A stretch of 64,000 nucleotides of DNA. Origin: Balanoglossus misakiensis (taxonomy: Eukaryota; Animalia; Hemichordata). The DNA lies in assembly GCA_040954595.2 (NCBI GenBank), contig CM082578.2, forward strand, positions 12,524,520 to 12,588,519, read 5' to 3'. Shown here piece after piece: positions 63,244 to 64,000 of the stretch. Under the pieces are notes generated by a model. That model ran no database searches, was not told the DNA's origin, and saw nothing but the letters and a program-made list of their open reading frames with translations. Every line of letters starts with the position of its first letter. Within the stretch, counting starts at the first letter, position 1. Made by a program: the position numbers and the translations under genes.

Positions 63244-64000
63244 CTGCACAAGCAAACACAGTGACCCATGTTGTTAGAACCCAGGGAGAGGAGGAGGGGG
63301 AGGAACGATGATGCACTTCGCAGTACTGTACCTCACTGGTCGGTAATTAGCAGGGTACCATTTGGGGTGTTTTACAGACACAAACTAAACACACTGCAGA
63401 AATTGCCCAACTGTCCGCATGTAATATTCATTAAGATCGTCTTGACCCAATTCAGGACATACAAGACATTGAATATGCAAGAGCGGACATCTTCTGTAGG
63501 ATGGGAATTCTCTCCCGCATCCACGGCCTTCATTCTAGAGAGTTCGATGTATATGACAAAACTATGCTGATATTAATGTACCAAGCATAAATTATAAATA
63601 AAACACTGTAACCACAATCCCAACTCATCATTCATTGACATCTGTGACAAAACATTTTTTTTCCTATTTTGCTAAAGATTTTATGAATCATCACAAAATC
63701 CAGGTATTAAAACCAGGTATTACAACAGCTTCAATGAGCAATGAAAATCATTCTGAAGAGGTGACTACTAAAATATGACCCAAACAGAATCATAAAAGCT
63801 GGTTTCACAGAACATGACATATGTTATAGAACGATGTACGATCTGATTTATGAAGTGTATTTTATCGATATTTGTTTTCAGAACTATGAACTACTGAATG
63901 CATCCCATGGGGCCAATAATTATCACGTTAAATCACTCTTGCCAGAAATGATGCGCTAGGAATTTTACACGTTCTCTTTCATGTAATTACTCTCGAAGTT

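Overview
Intron-rich, AT-rich eukaryotic (metazoan, probably marine invertebrate; species not determinable here) genomic DNA, not prokaryotic. Most ORF-track entries are single exons with intronic read-through, or spurious. Seven protein-coding genes can be reconstructed by hand from splice sites and protein motifs. (1) MAGI scaffold, minus strand, ATG 16363, running off the left edge. (2) WASHC4/SWIP, plus strand, 16962-29561, head-to-head with MAGI. (3) A secreted collagen-C1q gene with a single coding exon, nested antisense in a WASHC4 intron (26294-26902). (4) An AGPAT1/2-type LPA acyltransferase, minus strand, with two paralogous, same-phase candidate first coding exons. (5) REC114, plus strand, 39243-40703. 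(6) CFAP92/KIAA1257-like, minus strand, 41560-50314. (7) SRPK kinase, minus strand, 56435 to beyond 63243, with a U12-type intron. Non-coding features include four copies of a ~90-bp TTAA/CCCT piggyBac-type MITE, a long intronic hairpin, a permuted duplication between AGPAT and REC114, microsatellites, and candidate NRF1, YY1, RFX, CArG and nuclear-receptor sites. I found no convincing wholly new system. The best leads are the AGPAT dual N-terminus with its rearranged upstream DNA, the nested C1q unit, and a polyproline tail on WASHC4. All homology calls are from recognition of motifs, not database searches.
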